Assembly: GCF_002945325.1 (NCBI RefSeq)
Contig: NZ_CP026606.1
Location: 1,530,001 to 1,562,000 of the forward strand
DNA from: Methanococcus maripaludis
GTDB lineage: Archaea > AGJL01 > Methanococci > Methanococcales > Methanococcaceae
Direction: 5' to 3'
DNA: 32,000 nucleotides
How positions within the stretch are numbered: position 1 is the first letter of the stretch; each line of letters starts with the position of its first letter. Below, piece after piece: positions 8,712-17,830 of the stretch. The notes below the pieces were generated by a model. It saw only the letters and a program-made list of their open reading frames with translations, did no database searches and had not been told where the DNA came from. A program made the position numbers and the translations under genes.

Positions 8712-10883
8712 TTATTTCCAAGGATCGTATCTTTTTAAAAGAAGAGACAATCCAATAATCGTTATGGAGCTCAGGGTCATTGCAAAAGCTGCAAGTTCAG
8801 GTTCAAATCTGATGTTATACGAATAAAGGGCACCTGCTGCAACAGGAATCAAAATCGAGTTATAGGCAAAAGCCCAGAATAAATTTAATTTTATCTGTTT
8901 TAACACCCGTTTACTCAATTTTACAAATCCTGTAACGTATTTCAAATCGTCATTCATTAAAACGACTTCACCACTTTCAATTGCAATATCCGTTCCGCTC
9001 CCAACGGCAATTCCAACGTCTGCGGTAGAAAGAGCTGGCGCATCATTTATTCCATCACCAATAAATTCAACGTAACCGTTTGCATTTTCTTTAATTGATT
9101 TAACAATTTCCGACTTTTTTTCAGGTAGCACGTTTGAAAATATATGATTTTCCAAAATACCAACTTCTTTTCCAATTACTTTTGCGGCTTTTTCATTGTC
9201 CCCCGTAACCATGTATGATTCTATTCCCATTTCGCGCAAATTTTGAACCGTGATTTTTGCATTTTCTTTTATTTTATCGGATATTCCAATTATTCCAATT
9301 ATTCTGTGTTCAATAGCAACAATTATCACGGTTTTTGCGTTTTCTTCTAATCGGGATATTTCTTTAGTATAATCTTCATTTATTGAAATATTATTTTCTT
9401 CCATAAGGCGCCTGTTTCCAACAAGAACCTTTTGGTCCTTTATTATTCCAGTAATTCCCATTCCTGTAATCGATTCAAATTTTTCAGGTTCAGAAAGTGA
9501 AATATTTAATTCGTCTGCTTTTTTAAGAATTGCAAGTGCTAATGGGTGTTCAGAGTTTTTTTCAAGAGTTCCCGCAATTAATAAAACTTCTTCTTTGGAA
9601 TAATCTGAAATTATTTCATCAACTTCGGGTTCTCCTTTTGTAATGGTTCCGGTTTTATCAAAAATCATGCATTTGAGGTTTCCTGCAACATCAAATACTT
9701 TGCTGTCTTTAATTAAAATACCGAGTTCTGCACCCCTTCCAACTCCAACGGTTATTGCGGTAGGCGTGGCAAGTCCAAGGGCACAAGGGCATGCAATTAC
9801 CATTACTGAAATAAATGTCGTTACTGCAAGTAAAATTCCGCCGTTAAAAAACCAGTAAAGTGAAGAAATAAGTGCAATTGTAAATACCACAGGTATAAAG
9901 TAAGAAACTGCTTTATCAGCCAGATTTTGAATATCTGGTTTTGAAATTTGGGCATTTTTAACAAGCTGGATTATTTGGGATAGCACTGTATCTTTTCCAA
10001 TTTTTTCAGCAGTTATTTTTAAAATCCCATTTTTATTTATTGTTCCCCCGATTACTGAATCTCCTTTTTTCTTCGGATTTGGGATTGGCTCTCCAGTAAT
10101 CATTGATTCATCAACGTAAGAATCGCCCTCAAAGACAATTCCATCAACCGCAATCTTTTCTCCAGGGCGGATTAATAGGGTATCTCCGACAATCACGTTT
10201 TCAATTGGAATTTCCAGTTCTTCGTTATTTCGAATGACTTTCGCGTTTTTTACCTGTAAACCCATTAATTTTTTAATCGCTTCAGAGGTTCTACCCTTTG
10301 CACGTTCTTCTAAGTATCTACCAAGAGTCAAAAGTGTTGCAAGCATTATTGTTGTATCGTAAAACATAAAGTTCATTGGAAGCAGTCCCAAAGTTACAAG
10401 CAGTGCCGAGATATATGCAACCCCCATTCCAAGAGAATACATAACATCCATGTTTAGGGACTTAACTTTAAGCGAATTAAATCCTGCTTTAAAAATCGGC
10501 AGTGCAATGTATATCAAAGGCGGAATCGACACTAAAAATGCTAAATACGGTTTATATGGGATTTGAATATACATAATTGAAAACAGTGTAATTGAAAAAA
10601 CTGCCCCAACAATTATTTTTTTAAGTTTTTCTTTTAGTTCAGTTTCTTTATTGGGTAATTCTTCAACTTCTTCTGCAATTCCAAGGACTTCATAGCCTAA
10701 CCTTTCAATTTTTATCCCGATATCTTCGATATTAACGATTTTTGGATCAAAATTAATAACTGCGCTTTCGTCCAGTAAATTCACAACTATACTTTCAACA
10801 CCGTCCATCTTAGAAACAGATTTTTCAATCGTTTTTACACAGACTGCGCAAGTCATTCCAGAAATTTTTAGTTTTACTTCCAT
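8712..10883 (-). CDS. copA: Copper-translocating P1B-type ATPase
   Basis: 723 aa; N-terminal HMA domain GMTCAVC, TGEP, transmembrane CPC (ACPCALGLATP), phosphorylation site DKTGTIT, hinge GDGINDAP. Confidence 0.92.
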   Translation of the reverse strand: MEVKLKISGMTCAVCVKTIEKSVSKMDGVESIVVNLLDESAVINFDPKIVNIEDIGIKIERLGYEVLGIAEEVEELPNKETELKEKLKKIIVGAVFSITLFSIMYIQIPYKPYLAFLVSIPPLIYIALPIFKAGFNSLKVKSLNMDVMYSLGMGVAYISALLVTLGLLPMNFMFYDTTIMLATLLTLGRYLEERAKGRTSEAIKKLMGLQVKNAKVIRNNEELEIPIENVIVGDTLLIRPGEKIAVDGIVFEGDSYVDESMITGEPIPNPKKKGDSVIGGTINKNGILKITAEKIGKDTVLSQIIQLVKNAQISKPDIQNLADKAVSYFIPVVFTIALISSLYWFFNGGILLAVTTFISVMVIACPCALGLATPTAITVGVGRGAELGILIKDSKVFDVAGNLKCMIFDKTGTITKGEPEVDEIISDYSKEEVLLIAGTLEKNSEHPLALAILKKADELNISLSEPEKFESITGMGITGIIKDQKVLVGNRRLMEENNISINEDYTKEISRLEENAKTVIIVAIEHRIIGIIGISDKIKENAKITVQNLREMGIESYMVTGDNEKAAKVIGKEVGILENHIFSNVLPEKKSEIVKSIKENANGYVEFIGDGINDAPALSTADVGIAVGSGTDIAIESGEVVLMNDDLKYVTGFVKLSKRVLKQIKLNLFWAFAYNSILIPVAAGALYSYNIRFEPELAAFAMTLSSITIIGLSLLLKRYDPWK

Positions 10884-10898
10884 AAAAACTACCCAAGT

Positions 10899-11117
10899 TT
10901 AATTAGCCAATTTTTCTGCAGGATATAGCTCAAAAGCTTCATTTTTTAAAATTTCTTCTTCATTCACTATTTTTTCATCGTAAGTTATAATTCCAATACC
11001 TGCTTCTAAGTCGATATCAACATTTATTACGCCTTCAAGCTCACTTAAAAGATTTTTAATGGTTTTTACACACATCTGGCAACTCATTCCAGTTATTTTT
11101 AATTTTAATTCCTCCAT
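10899..11117 (-). CDS. copZ: Heavy-metal-associated (HMA) copper chaperone
   Basis: MEELKLKITGMSCQMCVKTIKN... HMA fold with GMSCxxC; GGTGA RBS 5 nt before ATG 11117. The 25 N-terminal codons in the track ORF are probably not translated. Confidence 0.8.
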   Translation of the reverse strand: MEELKLKITGMSCQMCVKTIKNLLSELEGVINVDIDLEAGIGIITYDEKIVNEEEILKNEAFELYPAEKLAN

Positions 11118-11243
11118 CCGATTCACCACACAAAATTTAATTAAATATATTATGATTGTGCAACTATATAACACTTCCATATATATCAACAATAAACTAA
11201 AAAATTATCGTTAGTTTGGGAATAAAATGTTAAAAAAGATTGA

Positions 11244-11558
11244 TTATTTAATAATATTAAGAATCCAATTTTTGAATTCATCATTTGAATCATCGATATT
11301 TATTTTTAAGATTGCAGGAGTTTCAAGAGGATGAATTTCATTAATCATATCTTTTAATGAAATCCATCTGTTTTCGGTAGTTTTTAAAAATGCACCGATT
11401 TCTGTATTTATTGAAACGTCACCATCGTTAAAATAGTGTGCTTCATGCTCTCTTAAGTTTGCGCAGGCTATCATTTTTTTCTCCAAAAGATAACCTACAA
11501 TAGATTTTGCAGTTTCAAAGTTTGGAAATGTTGTATAAACAAGAGTTGGTTTTTCCAT
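11244..11558 (-). CDS. cutA: CutA divalent-cation tolerance protein
   Basis: 104 aa; size and pattern (LVYTTFPN...A..I...L...K.IACANL ... W.G ... E..L.IKT) match the CutA1 family; G-rich RBS upstream. Confidence 0.8.
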   Translation of the reverse strand: MEKPTLVYTTFPNFETAKSIVGYLLEKKMIACANLREHEAHYFNDGDVSINTEIGAFLKTTENRWISLKDMINEIHPLETPAILKINIDDSNDEFKNWILNIIK

Positions 11559-11582
11559 AATATTGCCCCCCCAATATTTTTA

Positions 11583-12746
11583 TTACATTTCAGCAAGTTT
11601 TTTTCCAAATTCTTGACATTTTTTAAGGTGTTTTTCATTGGGAACAAATCTACATGTTAGGCATTCGTCATCCACGGTGTCAAAAGATAATATGTCAAAA
11701 GTATTTTTAATATGTTTTGTAGCACTTTCTGCCCAACCGTAAGAACCAAAAGCAGCCGCAATTTTTTTGTTTGGTTTTAAACCTTCCATGTATTTTAAAA
11801 ATCTGGCGACTTCAGGGTATAAATTAATATTAAGAGTTGGGGATCCCACAAGCACGTATTTTGCATCCAAAATTTCAGCTATTATTTTACTTACTGGAGT
11901 TTTAGATATTTTAAAAACTTTAACTTCAACACCGCTTTCAATTAATCCTTCTGCAATAGCAAGTCCGATTTTTTCAGTTGAGCTGTACATTGTGTCGTAT
12001 ACAATAACAGCCTTATTAATAACGTTGTTTGATGCAAATTCTAGATATTTTTCTTTAATTTTTGAAATATTTTCTTTCCAGATGATGCCATGTGACGGGC
12101 ATATTAAATCTGTTTCAAGAGTATCGACCGTTTTAACTGCATTTGGAATAAGCGTCCTGTATGGAAGCAGTATGTTTGCAAAGTACTCTTTTGCAGAATC
12201 CAGCGCATAATCGATTTCAAAGTCAAACCTTTCACTTGATGCTATGTGCTGGCCGAATGCATCGTTTGAGAAGAGTATTTTATCTTCGGGGCAGTAAGTT
12301 ACCATGTTGTCAGGCCAGTGAAGCATTGGAGTTTTGACAAACGTTAAATTTCTTTTTCCAATATTTACTGAATCTCCAGAATCAACGATTATATATTCCC
12401 AATCTTTTGTATTGTAGTGTAATTCAAGATGTTCTTTTGCTTTCTGGTTTGTTATAATTTTAGCTTTTGAAATTTCCATGATTTTTTCTAAAGAACTGCT
12501 GTGGTCCATTTCAACGTGGTTTACCACAATATAGTCTATTTTTTCAGGATCGACGACTTTTTTAATTCTCCCGTAAAATTCATCAAAAAGATATTTTTTT
12601 ACAGTATCTATTAAAACAATTTTTTCATCTTTAATAAGATACGAATTGTAGCTGGAACCGTCTTTAGTTTCATAGCCGTGAAATTCTCTGATATTCCAGT
12701 CGATCGCCCCTACCCAATAGACGCCTTCTTTTAAAGTAAATGCCAT
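11583..12746 (-). CDS. fprA: Flavodiiron protein (FprA-type, F420H2 oxidase in methanogens)
   Basis: Metallo-beta-lactamase-like di-iron domain (VNHVEMDHSSS, PMLHWPD) fused to a C-terminal flavodoxin domain (AVIVYDTMYSSTEK, VLVGSPTLN). AGGTG RBS before ATG 12746. Confidence 0.85.
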   Translation of the reverse strand: MAFTLKEGVYWVGAIDWNIREFHGYETKDGSSYNSYLIKDEKIVLIDTVKKYLFDEFYGRIKKVVDPEKIDYIVVNHVEMDHSSSLEKIMEISKAKIITNQKAKEHLELHYNTKDWEYIIVDSGDSVNIGKRNLTFVKTPMLHWPDNMVTYCPEDKILFSNDAFGQHIASSERFDFEIDYALDSAKEYFANILLPYRTLIPNAVKTVDTLETDLICPSHGIIWKENISKIKEKYLEFASNNVINKAVIVYDTMYSSTEKIGLAIAEGLIESGVEVKVFKISKTPVSKIIAEILDAKYVLVGSPTLNINLYPEVARFLKYMEGLKPNKKIAAAFGSYGWAESATKHIKNTFDILSFDTVDDECLTCRFVPNEKHLKKCQEFGKKLAEM

Positions 12747-12783
12747 AAAATACACCTAAAAAAAGTTAAATAAAAGTAATAGA

Positions 12784-13134
12784 TTAAAATTCGATGACTT
12801 TGTAGTCGCTATCGAGATATTTCTTAAGACTGATATGCCCATGAAGGTCATTTTCAATTTTTATTTTTCCTTTAATACTATCTAAAACACCAAACATATT
12901 AGAACATGCTTCACAAGCTATAAAATTATCTTTCAGGGCTTCAACATGACTTTTTAAAGGATGGTCTTCTTTTAATAGTTCATTGAACCATTTTACGGCC
13001 TCTCCTTCAAAAACTATTTTTACATCGTCCCCTTTTTCTTTCATCTCTTTTGCAAAGAGAAGTGCGTGAAATATTACTGGAACGTATGGTTTTCCACCTT
13101 TATCGTAAGTAAATATCAAAAAACAAGTTTTCAT
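12784..13134 (-). CDS. DsrE/DsrF-like (COG2044 'predicted peroxiredoxin'-like) small protein, function unknown
   Basis: 116 aa; alpha/beta pattern with the central IACEAC motif resembles DsrE-fold proteins. Family assignment is from memory of the fold pattern only. AGGGGGA RBS upstream. Confidence 0.4.
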   Translation of the reverse strand: MKTCFLIFTYDKGGKPYVPVIFHALLFAKEMKEKGDDVKIVFEGEAVKWFNELLKEDHPLKSHVEALKDNFIACEACSNMFGVLDSIKGKIKIENDLHGHISLKKYLDSDYKVIEF

Positions 13135-13169
13135 TATTATCCCCCTAAAAAAATTAAATAATGAATGAA

Positions 13170-13358
13170 TTATAGTCTGCTTTCTTCCTGCCTTCTTCCA
13201 GCAATTTTTGGATCGTAGCCTTCAAATCCACATTCTGGAGTATAACAGCTTACATCGTAAAATGTACAGATTTCTCCGCAGTTTGGACATTTTTCAGGAA
13301 CTTTTCCAGCTTCGCCTTCAAATATGTATCCGCAGTTTGAACATTTCCACCATACCAT
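13170..13358 (-). CDS. Cys-rich rubredoxin-like / zinc-ribbon protein
   Basis: 62 aa from ATG 13358 (AGGTGA RBS 5 nt upstream): two rubredoxin-type knuckles, C-S-N-C-G and C-P-N-C-G, plus three further Cys (7 in total). Confidence 0.5.
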   Translation of the reverse strand: MVWWKCSNCGYIFEGEAGKVPEKCPNCGEICTFYDVSCYTPECGFEGYDPKIAGRRQEESRL

Positions 13359-13376
13359 ATCTTTCACCTAATCGAA

Positions 13377-13892
13377 TTATTCATTAGTTTCACTTTGAGG
13401 CGGCGTTCTGACTCTTTGACTGAGTTCACCGTCGAGTACCATCAGGTAATTTATATCTCCGCCTGTTAGTTTCAATTTATCAAGAACATCTCTAAATGAA
13501 GATTCTTCTTCAATCTGTTCATTTACGAACCACTGGAGCATTGAAATTGCTGCATAATCTTTTACTTCATGTGCAATATCCATTAATTTGTGAATTCTTT
13601 GTGTAACGTACTTTTCATGGGTAAGCCCATTTTCAAAGACGTCTATAATAGAATTCCATCTTGGCTCAGGTTTATCAATTGCACCCAACTCAAGAGTTTC
13701 GCCCATGCTGTGTATGTAATTATAAAATTTCATTGCATGGTCAAGTTCTTCCTGAGATTGAACAATAAACCAGTTCGAAATTCCTTTGAATCCATTGGAT
13801 TCTGCATAATTTGACATTGCAAGATATAGGTATGCTGAATAGAATTCTTTATTGATCTGTTCTTCTATTTCGCATCTTAATTTACCATCCAT
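13377..13892 (-). CDS. Ferritin (non-haem, Ftn-type)
   Basis: 171 aa; ferroxidase-centre residues in EFYSAYLYL, QSQEELDHAMKFYNYI and NEQIEEES; GGGGGT RBS upstream. Confidence 0.8.
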   Translation of the reverse strand: MDGKLRCEIEEQINKEFYSAYLYLAMSNYAESNGFKGISNWFIVQSQEELDHAMKFYNYIHSMGETLELGAIDKPEPRWNSIIDVFENGLTHEKYVTQRIHKLMDIAHEVKDYAAISMLQWFVNEQIEEESSFRDVLDKLKLTGGDINYLMVLDGELSQRVRTPPQSETNE

Positions 13893-13914
13893 ATTTAAAC
13901 CCCCGTTATATGGA

Positions 13915-14181
13915 CTATTTAATACTGCAACTTTTAGAAAGTTTCACTGCCAGATCTTCTGAATTTTTTATCGGAAAATCATTATCATTTACAAATTTAA
14001 CAAGTTCTCCCGCTTCTATTTCCCCACAAGGCATTGAAATTCCACAGGGCAGTGCACTTCCAAGTTCAACTTTATTTTTTATTGGAAATACTTCTTTGTC
14101 TTTAAAGTAATCAGCCAACGCTAATTTGAAATTTTCAATATCTTTTAGCGCTTCGCCAAGAGGATGGTTTGTAGTAATCAT
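13915..14181 (-). CDS. Small conserved hypothetical protein, MTH865-like
   Basis: 88 aa with duplicated FPIKN...(E/D)L motifs flanking ALPCG..MPCG, reminiscent of the MTH865 family; GGTGA RBS. Assignment tentative. Confidence 0.45.
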   Translation of the reverse strand: MITTNHPLGEALKDIENFKLALADYFKDKEVFPIKNKVELGSALPCGISMPCGEIEAGELVKFVNDNDFPIKNSEDLAVKLSKSCSIK

Positions 14182-14201
14182 TAAATCACCAAATCTGGTT
14201 T

Positions 14202-14558
14202 TTATTCAATTATTACTTCTTTTTCGTATTTCCAAAGCCCATGAAGGTTGCAAAACATTGTTGCAACGAGTTTAATCGTTCTACCTTTGTGTTCTTCATT
14301 TGGAGCTTTTATATTTACTACAACATCTGGTTTGGAGTGCTGTGTTAGCTGAACTCTTAAAAGAGGGTACTCTTCTACATTTAGTTCAATAAACTGGATG
14401 AAGTGCCCGTCTTCCATTGGATGTTCTACCCCTGCAGTATGGATTTTTACTTCGTAGATTTCATCGGGTTTAACTGAAGTTTTGCATTCTATCATTGGAA
14501 CGTGTTTTTTTTCAAAATCAGTTCCTTCTTTAAGTGTTTGAGCACTTACGCAGCTCAT
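14202..14558 (-). CDS. Superoxide reductase (1Fe-SOR / neelaredoxin type)
   Basis: 118 aa; KHVPMIE motif, His ligands (HTAGVEHPME, H in FIQF region) and C-terminal CNLHGLW (C-x2-H) iron-ligand motif. Confidence 0.8.
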   Translation of the reverse strand: MSCVSAQTLKEGTDFEKKHVPMIECKTSVKPDEIYEVKIHTAGVEHPMEDGHFIQFIELNVEEYPLLRVQLTQHSKPDVVVNIKAPNEEHKGRTIKLVATMFCNLHGLWKYEKEVIIE

Positions 14559-14571
14559 TATATCTCCCCAT

Positions 14572-14886
14572 TTATAATTTGCTAACTACTTTCATAGCTT
14601 TTGTAAATGCAGGCATTCCTGAAGTTAATAATACAACCCGCAATGCATCAACTATTTCTTCTTTAGTTATTTTTAATTCATTCATTCCGCTTCTCATCTG
14701 CTTTTCTGTCGCAGTTTCATCCCCTGTCGCTGCAACAATTCCAATAGCAATCAATTTTTGAGTTTTGTAGTCCAAAACTTTTCCAGTGTATGCTGCTTTA
14801 TTCAATCCGACAACTGCATCGTAAATGTCTGGGTAGTCATCTTTTACAAATTTCATTCCTTCTCCGAAAAAAATACCTTCTTTCAT
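14572..14886 (-). CDS. Carboxymuconolactone decarboxylase (AhpD-like) family protein
   Basis: 104 aa; size and helical pattern (LDYKTQKLIAIGIVAATGDE) fit the CMD/AhpD-like family, but I see no CxxC; GGAGGGGA RBS upstream. Confidence 0.6.
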   Translation of the reverse strand: MKEGIFFGEGMKFVKDDYPDIYDAVVGLNKAAYTGKVLDYKTQKLIAIGIVAATGDETATEKQMRSGMNELKITKEEIVDALRVVLLTSGMPAFTKAMKVVSKL

Positions 14887-14919
14887 AAAATCCCCTCCGT
14901 CTAAGGATTAAATATTATT

Positions 14920-15825
14920 TTATTCCATATTTATTCCAAGCTTTTCAAGTAGCGGGTCTGCAGGAATAAAGTGGAGATCAAGCGCAACTTCTTTTGGAGT
15001 CATACCCATTGCCATACCAAGTAATTGGGCATAGTGAATAACGGGTAACTTGTATTCTCGTCCAAAAGTTTCTTTCATTTCAATCTGACCCCGGTCAAAC
15101 TGTAAATGGCAGAATGGACATACTTCCGTTACACAATCGCCCCCTGCTGCGATTATATTTTTTACTTTGGTTTCAGCCATTTCAAGCGCAACTTCTGGGT
15201 TTCTAGCCCTTACTCCACCACCTGCTCCACAACACATATTTTTGTCTTTATAGTATATTGACTTTGCCCCGATTGCTTCGACAAGTCCGTCAAGTGATTT
15301 TGGAACCTCTGAACTTTCAATATGCTTTACATCAGTAGGCTTTAAGTAGTGGCAACCATAGTGAACTGCAACATTAATGTCGAGCGGCCTTTCTACTCTT
15401 TCAGCAATTTTTTCAGGGCTGTACTCAAAATAAAGTACTTCCGTTAAGTGCCGTACTCTTGATTTTCCAGTATATTCAAGGCCGTGCTTTGATAACACTT
15501 CATTTACCTTATTTCTTGCATTTTCATTATCCTGCAGGATGTGGTTTGCTTCAAATAACGAGCCGTAGCATCCGTTACATATTGTTAAAATGTCCAGATC
15601 GGCCTGTTCTGCCATTACAATATTTCTTGCAGCAATTGTAAGCCAGGTCATTAAGTCAAAAGAACCAAATACTCCCGGTGCAGGACAGCAAGAAGCCTGT
15701 TCAAATGGGTGCAATTGTATTCCAAGTTTATCTAGTGCTTTATAGGTTGCACTTTCAATTCCGGGATACCTATTTGGTGCAATGCATCCTAAAAAAAACA
15801 TGTATTCAAAATCAGTTTCACTCAT
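14920..15825 (-). CDS. hdrB: Heterodisulfide reductase subunit B
   Basis: 301 aa with two CCG-type cysteine-rich domains (ASCCPAPG...CNGC and NMCCGAGGG...CPFC); 12 nt downstream of hdrC. Confidence 0.85.
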   Translation of the reverse strand: MSETDFEYMFFLGCIAPNRYPGIESATYKALDKLGIQLHPFEQASCCPAPGVFGSFDLMTWLTIAARNIVMAEQADLDILTICNGCYGSLFEANHILQDNENARNKVNEVLSKHGLEYTGKSRVRHLTEVLYFEYSPEKIAERVERPLDINVAVHYGCHYLKPTDVKHIESSEVPKSLDGLVEAIGAKSIYYKDKNMCCGAGGGVRARNPEVALEMAETKVKNIIAAGGDCVTEVCPFCHLQFDRGQIEMKETFGREYKLPVIHYAQLLGMAMGMTPKEVALDLHFIPADPLLEKLGINME

Positions 15826-15837
15826 CCTACTTCACCC

Positions 15838-16416
15838 CTATTCCTCAGATTTTTGAACATTTAGTGGTTCTAAGTCCATAGTTTCTCTACAAATTCCAAC
15901 TTTTTTACAGAAATTAAGGTCTTCCATGATATCCCTTACAATTTCCAAAGCTTCGGGGTATTTGTGGGTTGTTGGAGGTATTTCAGTTAATCCAATTGCA
16001 AGCCTTGCTTTTTTGATTTCGTCATTAACGGGAACAGCATGCCCGGTTTTAAATACAAGCAGGCTGGTTTTCCTGTGTGGTTCTGCAATGTATCCTTTTT
16101 CAGCAGCGATATTTCTTATAATTTTAATAATATCAGTTATTTTTACTTCCCTTGGGCATTTTTCGTAGCATTCATAGCACGTAGTGCACATCCACAGGTC
16201 ATCACCTGATAAAATACTGTCAATTCCTGCAAGTGCACTTCTTATTAATTTTCTCGTCCTGAGTGCGGTTATTCTGCCGCTAGGGCATGCCCCAGTACAC
16301 GTTCCGCACTGGTAACATTTTTGAAAAGAAGACGCATGATCTCCGAATATCCATTCTCCAGATTCAATAATCTGTTTTGGAAAATCAGGATTAAATTCAC
16401 TAGATTTTAAAACCAT
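15838..16416 (-). CDS. hdrC: Heterodisulfide reductase subunit C
   Basis: 192 aa; two [4Fe-4S] motifs, [12 protein letters not shown] and [12 protein letters not shown]; GGAGGTGA RBS upstream. Confidence 0.85.
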
Positions 16417-16461
16417 TCGATTTCACCTCCCCGGTATAATTTAATCTTTGTTTTAAAACTT

Positions 16462-16470
16462 GATATATAT
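16462..16470 (-). promoter_or_regulatory. Candidate TATA box for the hdrC-led transcription unit
   Basis: Minus strand reads AATATATAT about 50 nt upstream of hdrC ATG 16416. This is the only long (209-nt) non-coding gap upstream of the minus-strand gene run. Confidence 0.3.
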
Positions 16471-16643
16471 TTGCACGTTTGACGTATATATTATACAGCA
16501 GTAAAATAGAGAAAACAAATAATCATTAATAATATAAGTACAGATGACTAGTTACTAATTATCATAATTGATAATGATATTTCTAAATTTTAAATTATCA
16601 AAATCAGGATTCATTTAATTTATTTTTGAAAAAGGGAAAAATC

Positions 16644-17771
16644 ATGTACGAAGGAGAAATTGCAATCGGGCCAGTGCACTCTACAATGCTTGAACCTCAC
16701 AGGCTGAGATTATTTATTGAAGATGAGATAGTAAAAGATGCAGAACTTACAATTGGTGTAAATCATAGGGGCGTTGAACGATTAATGGAAGGCCTTCCTG
16801 TTGAAAAAGCATGTATTTTATGCGAAAAAATCTGCGGAATCTGTTCACACATTCACCTCTGGAGTGCGGCAAGGCTTGTTGAAATCGGGTGCAACATCGA
16901 AATTCCAGAACGTGCAAACCACATAAGAATTATCGTGGAAGAATTAGAGCGACTTCATTCTCATACATTACTTTTTGGACACGCTTTTGAAATATTGGGC
17001 CATGAAACAATGTCTATGAGATGTTTCATGTTAAGAGAACCAATCATGCAGGTATTTTTTGAAATTTCAGGAAGCAGGGTTCACTATTCATGCCCGATAA
17101 TTGGCGGAATCAGACCAAGATGTAATATTTCAGATACTCAGATTCCACATATACTTGAAAAAGTTTCAAAATATGAGGAAGGCTTGAATAAATTTCTTGA
17201 AAGAATGTTAAATGACCCGATGATTATTTCAAGAGTAAAAGATGTTGGAGTAATGGATAGAAAAACCGCTGCAAAATTCCACGCAGTAGGGCCTACTGCA
17301 AGAGGTAGCAACGTGAAATCCGACATGAGAAAGTGGGGGTGGGTTCCAGAATATGATCCATACGACTTTGACGAAATATTATTTGACAGCGGAGATGTTT
17401 TTGCAAGGCTTGCTGTTAGGTTTTACGAGTGCCTTGAAAGTGTTAAAATTATAAGGCAGGCGCTTGATGCTTTAAAAGACACTGCAGACAAAAGAATCTA
17501 CAATCCAAATTACGAATTACACGAATTTAAGCCGATAAACTGCTACACCGAAGCTCAAAGGGGAGAGCAGTACTATTCATACGGATTGGATGATGAAGGG
17601 CTTGTAAGGCAGGCAAAAATCAGGACTCCAACTGCAACAAATCTTGGTGCAATGGAAGATATTGTAAAAGGATACCACGTAAGTGATGCAGAATTAATAA
17701 TTGCAAGTTGCGATCCTTGTTTTACATGTACTGATAGGTTGATGGTTTTAAAGGAACCATTTAAGAAATAG
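16644..17771 (+). CDS. ehbN: Energy-converting [NiFe] hydrogenase large subunit (Ehb-type, stand-alone)
   Basis: NuoD/[NiFe]-large-subunit homologue: [10 protein letters not shown]-terminal Ni-binding CGICSHIH, C-terminal DPCFTCTDR. No small-subunit or membrane-subunit genes nearby. In Methanococcus maripaludis several ehb genes lie away from the main ehb operon. Track start TTG 16626; ATG 16644 preferred. Confidence 0.8.
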   Translation: MYEGEIAIGPVHSTMLEPHRLRLFIEDEIVKDAELTIGVNHRGVERLMEGLPVEKACILCEKICGICSHIHLWSAARLVEIGCNIEIPERANHIRIIVEELERLHSHTLLFGHAFEILGHETMSMRCFMLREPIMQVFFEISGSRVHYSCPIIGGIRPRCNISDTQIPHILEKVSKYEEGLNKFLERMLNDPMIISRVKDVGVMDRKTAAKFHAVGPTARGSNVKSDMRKWGWVPEYDPYDFDEILFDSGDVFARLAVRFYECLESVKIIRQALDALKDTADKRIYNPNYELHEFKPINCYTEAQRGEQYYSYGLDDEGLVRQAKIRTPTATNLGAMEDIVKGYHVSDAELIIASCDPCFTCTDRLMVLKEPFKK

Positions 17772-17830
17772 GCACATTAAATAATAAGTATATAATAATC
17801 AATCTTTTTTATACTGTTTCTGGTGGTTTT

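Noticed and set aside
16558-16575. Palindrome ATTATCA-TAAT-TGATAAT in the hdrC/ehbN divergent region
   Set aside because: My rough estimate is that about one 7-bp AT-rich inverted repeat with a short spacer is expected by chance in an intergenic region of this size and composition. It is a single copy, so I do not report it as a site.
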